A stretch of 64,000 nucleotides of DNA from Meyerozyma guilliermondii (GCA_051546255.1 CP128817.1:1054001-1118000); one strand, 5' to 3'; positions 31,266 through 41,426 are shown, numbered from the stretch's first letter. Numbers and translations: made by a program. The notes: a model not told the origin generated them from the sequence alone.

Positions 31266-32108
31266 ATGACCTACGACAAAGTTGCAAACGCAGCGACACC
31301 GTTTGCGCTCTCTGGCCAAGCAAACGACAACTCTCAGATTCTTCCTCGATGCGAGATCAATTGTGACATGGGAGAAGGCTTCGGTCCGTGGAAAATGGGT
31401 CCTGATGCAGAGCTCATGCCTCTTATCGACACTGCCAACATAGCTTGTGGGGGCCATGCTGGAGATCCCAGAATCATGAGGGAAACCATCCAGCTCGCCA
31501 AAAAGCACGGAGTTCGAGTTGGAGCCCATCCAGGTTTACCCGACAAGGTTGGATTTGGCCGGAGACAATGGGCGCTCTCGCCTCAGGACGTATACGACAT
31601 GGTGTTGTACCAAGTCGGAGCCTTGAAGGCATTCTTAGATGCGGAAGGTATGCCATTACTGTACATTAAGCCACACGGAGAGTTGTTCTTTTACGTTGAG
31701 AGGGATGAAGAGATCATGCATGCGGTGTTAGACGCAGCAAAGGTGTTTGGCGTTCCAGTGATGGCCGGTAAGAGTGCCAGGTATGAGCAAGTGGCCAAGA
31801 AAGAGGGTGTGCAATTCATACAAGAGTTCTACCCAGACCTCAACTACAATTCCGAAGGTAAGCTCGTCAAGATATTTGCTGGTCCCAAAAGCGCACGTAC
31901 GCCGGACACAATCATGAACGCGGTGTTACAGGCTGGCTTCGCTGATCAAACGGTAGACACCGAGGACAAGCCTATGAATCTCAACTTTGGGGATGCTCCA
32001 TTCACCGTGTGCTTGCATCTGGACATGCCCACTGCTCTTGAGAATGCACGCAAAACCAGGGCTGCTATCGACGAGATCAATGCTGCAAGAGGGTATCCCG
32101 CCAAGTAG
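31266..32108 (+). CDS. LamB/YcsF family protein (5-oxoprolinase subunit A, PxpA-like; lactam utilisation); 280 aa
   Basis: INCDMGEGFG, ANIACGGHAGDP, GAHPGLPDKVGFGRR, YQVGAL, YIKPHG, TVCLH(S)D motifs; likely start MTYDKV at 31266. Confidence 0.93.
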   Translation: MTYDKVANAATPFALSGQANDNSQILPRCEINCDMGEGFGPWKMGPDAELMPLIDTANIACGGHAGDPRIMRETIQLAKKHGVRVGAHPGLPDKVGFGRRQWALSPQDVYDMVLYQVGALKAFLDAEGMPLLYIKPHGELFFYVERDEEIMHAVLDAAKVFGVPVMAGKSARYEQVAKKEGVQFIQEFYPDLNYNSEGKLVKIFAGPKSARTPDTIMNAVLQAGFADQTVDTEDKPMNLNFGDAPFTVCLHLDMPTALENARKTRAAIDEINAARGYPAK

Positions 32109-32439
32109 ATATTGAATGCAACGTAATAGCAGTTTCTTTGTAATCGAAGCGGTTATCGCACAATGGCCTTCTCGGGCAAAATTACCCGAAATGGAATGCT
32201 GCATGAATTGAAGGAAAACGGCTGCACGTCGCAAATATTTCCTAATGCGTCATTACGAGATATCGGACATGTTTGAGGAAAACCGATAGACTTAGATTAC
32301 GAACATCATTATCTCAAAGTTGGAAAACCTTATCTTAGCGGTAAGCCGCAGTTAACTACCAAACCGTGACCGAAGTATGGTCGGGAATGGCCATCCGTGA
32401 ATAAAATGCTCCCCAGAGCCTGGAGAGTCAATACTCGCA

Positions 32440-34479
32440 ATGGGGCTCGAACACGCTAAAATATTCGGTGAAAGTGTTGGATATGGCATGGTTGTTGGAG
32501 TTGGTTTCGCATTCGCCGTGATAATGGTGGGCGTAACCAAACTCTTATCTGTATTCTTCAACGAAATCCAGGACTCGGAAATGTTGATGACGGCGAAACG
32601 CAGTATCAAGACCGGCTTGATCGCTTCAGCAGTGATAAGTTCGTGGACAATTGGTTCCACTTTGTTATTATCATGTACCGCTGCTTACTCCAACGGCATC
32701 TCAAGCGCATATTGGTATGGTGCCGGTGCATGTGTGCAAATAATCTTCCTCAGTATGTTGGCACTCGAAATCAAAAAAAAAGCACCCAACTGCCACACGT
32801 ACCAGGAAGTGGTACGAACCAGATATGGCGCACCTACACACATTGTCTCCATTGTGTACTCTGTAATTCAGATGGTGTGCTACACCACCAACTTGTTGAT
32901 TAACGGATCGTCAATATTTTCAGCCATCACAGGCATGAACAGAGACGCAGCTATTGTGTTGTTTCCTATTGGCGTTATCATCTACACTTTGATGGGAGGC
33001 ATCAAGGCCACCTTCCTTACCGACTGGACTCACACCGTCATTTTGTACTGTCTCGTGCTTGCATTTCTATTCAACTGCTACGCAACGAGCGAAATCGTGG
33101 GCTCCCCTGGTGCCTTGTGGGATCTTTTGGTGGAAGCTTCTGAAAGGCGGCCCATTGCCGGGAATGCTCTGGGGAGTTTGTTGACATTCAACTCTGTCCA
33201 AGGCGGTCTCTTCGGCTTGGTTCTTTTTGGCGCTGGCTTTGCAGCAGCTTGCGACTCACAGCTTTTTCAAAAGGCCATTGCTGCCGACCCCAAATACTTG
33301 GTAAGAGGGTACATTTTGGGTGGGCTAGCATGGTTCTCGTTGCCGTTCTGCTTGTCCACAACGATGGGTTTGGCTGCTGCCGGCTTAGAAACACATCCCA
33401 GCTTTCCCACATTCCCAGACTTGATGTCTGCCGAGGAAATCGGCGCAGGCTTGGTGCTACCTTATGCAGCCCAGGCGTTGATGGGTCGGTCTGGTGTGGC
33501 CATGGTGTTGACGATGATTTTCATGGCGGTTACTGCTGCATTTTCTTCCGAAACTATCGCCATTTCCGCCATGGTCACCCACGACGTCTACAAGGCATAC
33601 GTCAACCCCGACGCCAAAGGTGGCCGCTTGGTCTTGGTGTCTCATGCGACGGTGATAGCATTCGGCATTGTGACTGTCGCCTTGGGTATCGGGCTTGCAC
33701 ATGCTGGGTTCGACGTTTCGTTCATCACCACTGCGTCGGGGATCATTGTTAACGTCAACATCGTAGCCATGGTGCTCACTTTGTATTGGAGGAAGATGTC
33801 GGGGTTTGCATACTCTGTGGGCACAGTGTTATCTACCATGATCGCTTTAGCTGTGTGGATGGGCTACACGGTATCGCAGTCGGGACACATATCGTTGACA
33901 ACTCTTTCAACCAATGAAGCACTTGCCGCAGGAAATACAGTTGCCGTGGGTTGTCCGCTTATCGTGATTCCAATTCTCGTCTTTTTGAAACCCGCAGACT
34001 TTGCGTGGGAAACTTGGCTCACCATCAAGCAGGACGATAACACTGAGTTCGACAAGAAGCACGGGTTGGAGCATGTGTTATCGCAGGAAGACGCAACTGA
34101 AGCCGTCTTGATAGAGCACCAGAACAACGAGACCATACTCAAGAGACAGTTCAAAATAGGTGCTGTTGCGTGCACCGTATTGATCTTGTTCTTTCTTGTG
34201 GTCTTCCCCATGCCCTTGTATGGCTCGAAGTACATCTTCAGCAAGCGGTTCTTCACAGGTTGGATCGTGGTGGCATTTTTATGGGCATTTTTCGCTGTCT
34301 ACGTCATTATCGTAATCCCAGTGTGGGACGGACGCCAGGCCCTTGGCCGGTTGTATCGTATTATGATGGGCCGTGAGGCGAAACCTGGAGACAGCAGCAC
34401 ATATTCCCACGATGAGGAGACGCCAGTGAGTAAGGTTCAGTTCACAGTCAAGGAGGAAGAGGTGAGAGGTGCTTTCTAG
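32440..34479 (+). CDS. Dur3-like sodium:solute symporter family urea/polyamine transporter
   Basis: RSIKTGLIASAVISSWT, KKKAPNCHTYQEVVRTRYG, GGIKATFLTDWTHT, GYILGGLAWFSLP, YIFSKRFFTGW; many TM segments. Confidence 0.9.
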   Translation: MGLEHAKIFGESVGYGMVVGVGFAFAVIMVGVTKLLSVFFNEIQDSEMLMTAKRSIKTGLIASAVISSWTIGSTLLLSCTAAYSNGISSAYWYGAGACVQIIFLSMLALEIKKKAPNCHTYQEVVRTRYGAPTHIVSIVYSVIQMVCYTTNLLINGSSIFSAITGMNRDAAIVLFPIGVIIYTLMGGIKATFLTDWTHTVILYCLVLAFLFNCYATSEIVGSPGALWDLLVEASERRPIAGNALGSLLTFNSVQGGLFGLVLFGAGFAAACDSQLFQKAIAADPKYLVRGYILGGLAWFSLPFCLSTTMGLAAAGLETHPSFPTFPDLMSAEEIGAGLVLPYAAQALMGRSGVAMVLTMIFMAVTAAFSSETIAISAMVTHDVYKAYVNPDAKGGRLVLVSHATVIAFGIVTVALGIGLAHAGFDVSFITTASGIIVNVNIVAMVLTLYWRKMSGFAYSVGTVLSTMIALAVWMGYTVSQSGHISLTTLSTNEALAAGNTVAVGCPLIVIPILVFLKPADFAWETWLTIKQDDNTEFDKKHGLEHVLSQEDATEAVLIEHQNNETILKRQFKIGAVACTVLILFFLVVFPMPLYGSKYIFSKRFFTGWIVVAFLWAFFAVYVIIVIPVWDGRQALGRLYRIMMGREAKPGDSSTYSHDEETPVSKVQFTVKEEEVRGAF

Positions 34480-35332
34480 AGGCTAAATCACAACTACAAT
34501 TTATTCTCCATACCATCCTTCTGGCTAAGTTACCGAAGTCTTCTCAATCAGAGTTGAATGTGTCGGCCATTGTGTTGCAGCTAACCTTCCAAGTAAATAA
34601 AACGGCCAACATGACAAGTAGATGTACGGCATCTTATGTATGAGACTACAAGTAGATTGAAGTTGACACTCACTTGGAATCAAATGGCAGTTGTCATCGA
34701 TAGCTAATCGAATTTTTGGTACCACTAACATCAAGTCGGTATTTCACCACAAGATTTCTCCCTGTCCTTACCATGTCAGAAACAGCTTAGTATATTTTCT
34801 AGTGGTAGCTAGCAGGATACGTGTAAAGGATGAAGCTTTTCAGAACGAGGAAGATAACACGCAAATTTTTAAAGAGGTTCCTAATTTGAGCCACAAGAAC
34901 TGCTGTTGCAACCATTAAGCGCACCAGCTTCAAACACTTCAGATACCATGAAATTATTGGTTATGAAGAGAATCTACTATAATGATAACCACAGAGGTTT
35001 CATCAAGTCAGATGGCCCGTAAGATTTATAGAATTTCTCAGTCCATAAAAAATTGCATAGTTATGTACTTTCACGAAATGTGCAAAATTGAGTGAAAAAC
35101 ATTGATTGTAGCTAACCAACCAAGCAGAGTGCCCACATAGTAGCAAAAACATTCTCAGTCTACCGCTGAAACGTTTCAAGTTGACGAACCCGCCATGCTG
35201 ACACTGTTATATTTGCCGGTAAATTCCCGAAGAAGTACCGGATAATTTCCGAACATTATGCGGCTTCAGCTCCTAGTTTCCATCCTATAAAGACAAGACA
35301 ACCACTGGATCCGAACAGAAACCGCGCTTGGA

Positions 35333-36921
35333 ATGTCGACAACAATTCAACTATACGGAGGCAGAACCATTGACATCAAGACAGGATTATTCATCAATAA
35401 GAGTTTCGGCCATCAGTCAATGGTTCAGTTTTGACTACTCCAAATCCAGCCACAGGAGAGAACTTGGCTACTATTAGTGCTGCTACGGCCGAAGACGTAA
35501 ATGCCGCCGTGACTGCTGCCAGAACAGCCTTTGATATGACTTGGGGAAAGAAAAGCACGCCATCTCAGCGTTGTTCACTCATTAACAAATGGGCCGATTT
35601 GATAGAGGCTAATATTGATTCTCTTGCCAAAGTTGAAAGTGTTGACAACGGAAAGCCGGTTTGGATGGCTCGTGATGTCGATATTAAGGACAGTATCGGG
35701 TGTCTTCGATACTATGCTGGACTTGCAGACAAGATAGAGGGACGTACTATTGAACAAGAAGAAGGAATAAAAATAGCTTTTACCAAAGCTGAACCTATAG
35801 GAGTATGTGGCCAGATTATTCCATGGAACTATCCCATTCAAATGTTCATGTGGAAGGTAGCTCCAGCTTTGGCTGCTGGAAATACAATTGTCCTAAAGCC
35901 TGCTGAGCAAACTCCTTTGAGTGCTCTTCGGTTGGCGGAGTTGGCACTTGAAGCAGGATTTCCTCCTGGAGTCTTGAACGTGGTCAACGGTACTGGAGCC
36001 ATTACGGGACTCGCAATTTCACGTCACATGGATATTGACAAAATTGCTTTCACCGGATCAACGGTGACGGGAAGAAAAATTATGGAAGCTGCTTCGAAGA
36101 GTAATCTCAAGAAAGTCACCCTAGAGCTAGGAGGAAAGTCCCCAGTGGTAGTCTTTGACAACGTTGATATTGACCAAACTGCCAATTGGGTTTGCATGGC
36201 AATTCTTTTCAACCACGGGCAGGACTGCTGTGCTGTCTCACGTTTGTTTGTTCAAGAGACGATCAAGGATAAGTTTTTTGAAGTACTCAAAAGAAAAATA
36301 GAGGAAATTGAAATTGGCGACCCAGCCATGGAAACCACTTTCATGGGACCATTGGTTTCGAGGCAACAGCAAGAAAAGGTGAAAAAGTACATCCAGCACG
36401 GTTTGGAAGAAGGTGCTGTCTGTCTTACCGGAGGAGTGGAAAAATTATCACATTTGCCAGAGAAATTCAAGGACGGTTTTTTTGTTCCTCCAACAGTGTA
36501 CACCAATTGCAAAAAGGGCATGAAGATCGTGGATGATGAAATTTTCGGACCAGTTCTTGCTGTACAGACATTTAAGACTGAGGAGGAAGCAGTTCAGTTG
36601 GCCAACGATACTGCTTACGGATTGGGAGCCGGAGTTTTTTCCCAGAATGCATCGCAATGTATGAGAATGGTTCACGCTCTCAAGGCGGGAACAGTTTGGT
36701 GCAACCAATACATGGTATTGAGCAATGCCGTGCCATTCGGAGGTATGAAGCAGTCGGGTTTTGGCAGAGAGCTTGGCATCGAGGGATTGAAAGAGTATAC
36801 ACAAACAAAAGCGTGTGCGGCATTCTGCGATGTGCAAAACCCCACACATCCACACACCCGCGTGTCAACCCAAATTCGGCCAGCGACCGCCGGGACCGTG
36901 CGCAATGGGGTTCTTCACTAA
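35333..36921 (+). pseudogene. Aldehyde dehydrogenase (ALDH1/2-like) with 5' frameshift and aberrant C-terminus overlapping COA6
   Basis: ATG 35333 gives MSTTIQLYGGRTIDIKTGLFIN; one base missing at ~35400 (ttc atc aat aa- gag ttt = FINNEF); then EPIGVCGQIIPWNYP, FTGST, LELGGKSP, EIFGPV, PFGGMKQSGFGRELG; similarity ends at YTQTKA (~36813). Confidence 0.85.
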
Positions 36922-37225
36922 AGCAGATACTCCCACGGTTCCACCTAACAAGTCGAAACGTAGAGAATGTTGGGATGCCAGGGACGAGTTTTTTGAATGT
37001 CTCACCAAAAACAATATAGATAACTCGCTTGATCCAAATGTGAAGGACCAAGTCGAATCACAATGTGGTTCGCTTCGAGCAACATTTGAGAATAAATGTG
37101 TGGAAAGTTGGTACAAGTACTTTCAAGAAAAACGATTTAGTGAGATCAAGAAAGACAAGTATATAGCCCAGCTCGAAGCACAAGGCGCACAGCCACTTCC
37201 CTTTAAATTGAGCCCCAAGAAATGA
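36905..37225 (+). CDS. COA6: Cytochrome c oxidase assembly factor Coa6 (COX6B-like Cys motif); 106 aa
   Basis: MGFF...PPNKSKRRECWDARDEFFECL...C...FENKCVESWYKYFQEKR. Confidence 0.9.
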   Translation: MGFFTKADTPTVPPNKSKRRECWDARDEFFECLTKNNIDNSLDPNVKDQVESQCGSLRATFENKCVESWYKYFQEKRFSEIKKDKYIAQLEAQGAQPLPFKLSPKK

Positions 37226-37391
37226 TGTATATAGTAGGCGAAATATAAGCATAAGCACAATATAGTATATGCGTTCATTTGAAATAGCAGTTTAACTTAT
37301 ATTATGGTTTCTAAAAGGGTTTGTTGAGGTTATAGTAGTTATTGAATCGATTTAGTGAAATTTCTTCCTAAAGTAATTCATTTTCTCATGC

Positions 37392-40300
37392 TCATGCAAC
37401 TTGCAACAATAGTGGATCTCTACCAATGACGTTTTCCCCGTCAAATATATCGAGTATAGCACCCCACTCGTATTCTCCCTTTTCCAATACCACAAACGTA
37501 GTTGAAATTCGATGTGACAGATGGGCTGCGACACCAGGATGTCCAATATGGTTCTGAAGTACGCCATTGACAAGTATCTTTTTGTCGCTAGCTGCAACAG
37601 ACTTGACCAGCGAGCCCACTGTACCACCAATCTTTGCCGAGGTGGAACTGAGAGAATAAGGAAGGTTTCGAACAGTGCCGTAAATAGTTCGATCAAGGTA
37701 ATTAGTGATTGTGGTTCGTATGGTGTAAAACTCATCAGTTTTGAGGGAGAATTGTGGACCGGTTCTCTCTAATGGACAGTTATCACTAGCGAGAATTTCA
37801 TGCTGAAGCTGTACTCGATCGTGTAAAAGAATAGATGCCATACGCGGTTCGAGTCTCACTGCTCGTAAGCCAAAATTACCAGTACGACTTTGAGCTTCAT
37901 GGTGGCCCAGTCCAGTATGCCATGAGCCTTTCACATTCTCCAAAAGGGATTCCTTCAACCAGAAAAGCTCTTTGTGAGTTTCCTCTTCTTTTTCCGTATA
38001 GTTTTTATTCTTCACGAATTGCTTGTTGCGTAGCGAGGGAATTGGCTTATGAAGATCATTATCTTTCCACGACAAACGTCTGAACGGAACAAACACTCTT
38101 ACAGTTTTTCCAGGATCAATAAAACCTTGGAGCTCAAGCTTGGGCAGATTTCCGTCGACTTTGAAAGAAATGATTTCTTTCCACGAGTTTCTTAGATCGA
38201 GTGCGAGAAGACAAAAGTCGGCTATATCGCCAGTTTTCCTCGCAAAAGTCAAAAAGTCAACCGTTGCCTTTAGCGCATTGCTGCCTCCTTCTTCAGGGAG
38301 GTTCCGTAGGTGAAAGTCAAGCAATGACGTCGAGTTCAATGTGACAACATCAAAGTTGACTAATTCGAGAGAAGGAAGTACTGTGAACTGAATAGGGATG
38401 CTTATCAGCTTAACAAACGAGCGAGAACGATCGTGTCCTTTATTCGCATAGTCAAGCATGACTTTCAGCTCACGCATTCCTCGTTTTCCATTAACCTCGA
38501 AATCAATTTTGAGCTTGGAGTGCGGTTCAATTATCTTTCCAGAAAATGCCTCTTTGTTCTGGATCCGGAATGGCTTGTCATGGATTAAAGACCATTCCAA
38601 GTTATAAATATCATTGGGCGAAAGACCACTACGACCAGCATTCGAAAGTTGCCTATTGATGGTGTCGACAGTGGAGTCCCAAAATGCAAATGATAGGTAG
38701 TTGATGGCATGTTCAGATTCATTCGTCAATGTAGCTGTAAAGTGGTATTTTTCACCTTCCAATAGCATTAGCATTCCATTTACTATCAGCGACTCAGAGA
38801 GCGTTAGCATGGGTTGTGGTGGAATAACATTCAAAATGAGCGACTTTGTCGAAGCTCGATCACCAATAGAACACAGTTCTAAGTTTTGTATCACAGATGA
38901 AGTATTCATTATTTGCTGGTTGTCTTTGAGCTTGATGCAGTGGTCGAATTTCTCCTCGTCGACTATCAAAAAAGTTTGCTTGTTGCAATTTGCAACCACA
39001 ATATTGAACCCTTTGATTTCCGTTATACCTATTGTCTCGGGTTTGAATGTCACTAAAAATGATTGGATGGTGAAGGGGGCTATAGTTAGGTCGTCGTACC
39101 TTGGAACATTCACTGCCAGTCTTGTAAACCCACTTGGGTTCCGCTTACCTGGTTGTGGTCTCTGTGGTCGCTGGTTTAGCGACGGCATAGAATTGGAAGC
39201 TGGTCCCATTTTTCTTAATCCACTTGACCAAGTGGAAAAATTCAGATTAGTTACTGGTTTCGTCAAACTAAAAAGCGTTTGAACCGTGGATTTCAGATCT
39301 GTGACAATTTCAATATCATGAATATCCAACTCAAAGCCAAAAGGGTTTTGCAATGTAATTTTCAATTGAAATAAATCGTCCTTCACCACTAACTTGTCTT
39401 TCAGAATAACAGTTGAATTGCGTCGATATGGGTTGAAAATTAACCCATCCGACTGTGCATTGTTTTTGCCCACAAGATTCAGACTTCCACTCTGTTCCAG
39501 AATCTCACTGAACGGAATTAGTTCCTCACGTTTCTTGCTTGTTACCAATTTTACTCGTCGTACGAGGTATGGGTCCCAATAAGGGACACTCAATGGCAGA
39601 TGGCCACTATTATTGTGAGTGTATTCTTGAATGACAGAGTTGATTCGTTCTTTGGTTTTTTGCTGGTCATGAGAGCTCAAGCAATGAGCAAATCTTGTGA
39701 GTAACAAAGTGCATATATGAACCACAAATTGATCATCGTGGTTGGCAGATCCAATCAGAATTGCTAGCTTTAAAAGCAGAAGCTTTATTGTGGCCCAATG
39801 TGTCGCTACGTTTGAAGCAGCAGTGGCTGAGCTTTCGGTTTCTGCGTCTACCCCATATGCCTGGAACAACAATTCAAACACTTCTCGAAGACTCGAATAC
39901 TCAGCTGGAGCCATCTTTCCTTCTTTATTGGAAGCTAGACTGGGCAAAAGTCCCACTAAGAAAGTTCTTAAAATAAAAGCACGCTTGCGATGGAGCCCCA
40001 AATCTCCATACATAGTAGCAAGACACGAGTATAGTTTACACTGTTGGTAAACGCTCATATCGACAAGTTGGAGGTTGAAAACTTTATCCATTTCTTTCAA
40101 GATTTCAGTTTTCATGACAGCAGAGCCTTGGAGATTATTATCAAGTTTGGTGTTGCGAACAACTGCGTCAAGGACATTTAGGCTCAATTCTCCTCCTCCC
40201 AAATATATGCAAATGGCGAACTTAATCGTCCGTATTAAAGAATCAATGTACACCATATCTGGCACCGTGTCTTCCAAATCATTGAGGGTGTTACTGTAGT

Positions 40301-41426
40301 AATGAATTGCACGGAATGCTAATAATTTGATCACTTCTGCGGGCGGCGTAGAAGCCAAGTCATATGTGCCACGGTAATTGGTACTGGAGTTACGAGGCGA
40401 CAGAGTTGCCGGAAGTGAATTTCGAAGTGATTTAGACCCGAGTGATGATTCTGATGACGGTCTAGGTGGTGCTGACAGCGACATGTCGGATGAGAGTTTG
40501 GACTTTGAAAGCTGAAGTGTAGGAAGCACGGTGGGGTTGAGCGAGGCGGGCATTCCCACGTAGTGGAGGAGGACTGTAGAAACAGCCAAGCCTTCAAGAG
40601 CATTTCCGAGCCACAAGTTGTCGTCAACTTTTCTTAGGTTGGTGATAGCTTCGACAAAGTGGGAAGAAGCAGCAGCGTAATTACCCGCTAGCAATGCAAA
40701 GCTTCCGAGAACCTTCTGTTGGCGGCCCAAATGGCGTGTTTTGGATTCTGTAGATGGAGAACTTTGCCCAGATCCATGAGAAGGGTTGAAACTGACCTTG
40801 AAAGAACCGGAACTAAGACGCTTCTGAGCACTTGTGATGGTTCGTGCGATAGTATTGGAGTCGGAAATCGACACAGGAGACCGCAACGTGATGTTCAGGA
40901 ACGAATCGGTGTAACTGTCCAAAGCAGCAAGAAAATTAGCCAGAATCAGACACAAGATGGTCTCCAATGCTGTGAGTGAGCCGGAATAATAGAATGTTGA
41001 GCGCTGCGAGTGGTCACTGGGGGGACACAAGCGCTTGAAATCGTCGGGTGGAGTGTCAAAGTGGATGATATTGTGAACTATGGCACTTGGAAAGCTGGTT
41101 TTCAATTGGTCAATCGACACCGAAGGTGTGTCACTATACGGACCCACTGCCACCACTATGAAGGTTTTTCGCCATGGTTCGAAGTCATGTAAAAATATGG
41201 ACTCCTTATTATCGTCACTAGTGACAAAATTATAGAGAATTCGACCCTGTGGGTACAGTTTTGGATTATGATGATGCAATTGGGACTCGACAGAAACATC
41301 CAAAAGACGTACTTCCGACGGCCCAGAACGGATTTCTGAGATATATCGCAGGTACTGGGTAGATGAGCACCGGTTACATGGCACCACAAGAACCCGAACT
41401 CGAGCGGGACCCACAAACAGGTACAT
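37392..41426 (-). CDS. TRS120: TRAPPII complex subunit Trs120
   Basis: PARVRVLVVP, LHDFEPWRKTFIV, GRQQKVLGSFALLAG, DNLWLGNALEG, YWDPYLVR, ITLQNPF, DLRNSW motifs. Confidence 0.92.
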   Translation of the reverse strand: MYLFVGPARVRVLVVPCNRCSSTQYLRYISEIRSGPSEVRLLDVSVESQLHHHNPKLYPQGRILYNFVTSDDNKESIFLHDFEPWRKTFIVVAVGPYSDTPSVSIDQLKTSFPSAIVHNIIHFDTPPDDFKRLCPPSDHSQRSTFYYSGSLTALETILCLILANFLAALDSYTDSFLNITLRSPVSISDSNTIARTITSAQKRLSSGSFKVSFNPSHGSGQSSPSTESKTRHLGRQQKVLGSFALLAGNYAAASSHFVEAITNLRKVDDNLWLGNALEGLAVSTVLLHYVGMPASLNPTVLPTLQLSKSKLSSDMSLSAPPRPSSESSLGSKSLRNSLPATLSPRNSSTNYRGTYDLASTPPAEVIKLLAFRAIHYYSNTLNDLEDTVPDMVYIDSLIRTIKFAICIYLGGGELSLNVLDAVVRNTKLDNNLQGSAVMKTEILKEMDKVFNLQLVDMSVYQQCKLYSCLATMYGDLGLHRKRAFILRTFLVGLLPSLASNKEGKMAPAEYSSLREVFELLFQAYGVDAETESSATAASNVATHWATIKLLLLKLAILIGSANHDDQFVVHICTLLLTRFAHCLSSHDQQKTKERINSVIQEYTHNNSGHLPLSVPYWDPYLVRRVKLVTSKKREELIPFSEILEQSGSLNLVGKNNAQSDGLIFNPYRRNSTVILKDKLVVKDDLFQLKITLQNPFGFELDIHDIEIVTDLKSTVQTLFSLTKPVTNLNFSTWSSGLRKMGPASNSMPSLNQRPQRPQPGKRNPSGFTRLAVNVPRYDDLTIAPFTIQSFLVTFKPETIGITEIKGFNIVVANCNKQTFLIVDEEKFDHCIKLKDNQQIMNTSSVIQNLELCSIGDRASTKSLILNVIPPQPMLTLSESLIVNGMLMLLEGEKYHFTATLTNESEHAINYLSFAFWDSTVDTINRQLSNAGRSGLSPNDIYNLEWSLIHDKPFRIQNKEAFSGKIIEPHSKLKIDFEVNGKRGMRELKVMLDYANKGHDRSRSFVKLISIPIQFTVLPSLELVNFDVVTLNSTSLLDFHLRNLPEEGGSNALKATVDFLTFARKTGDIADFCLLALDLRNSWKEIISFKVDGNLPKLELQGFIDPGKTVRVFVPFRRLSWKDNDLHKPIPSLRNKQFVKNKNYTEKEEETHKELFWLKESLLENVKGSWHTGLGHHEAQSRTGNFGLRAVRLEPRMASILLHDRVQLQHEILASDNCPLERTGPQFSLKTDEFYTIRTTITNYLDRTIYGTVRNLPYSLSSTSAKIGGTVGSLVKSVAASDKKILVNGVLQNHIGHPGVAAHLSHRISTTFVVLEKGEYEWGAILDIFDGENVIGRDPLLLQVA

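Noticed and set aside
24029..36852. Treating the accessory block as a transposon with a target-site duplication
   Set aside because: No transposase, recombinase, LTR or TIR. The 13-nt similarity has a mismatch, is low-complexity and lies ~27 nt beyond the end of ALDH similarity.
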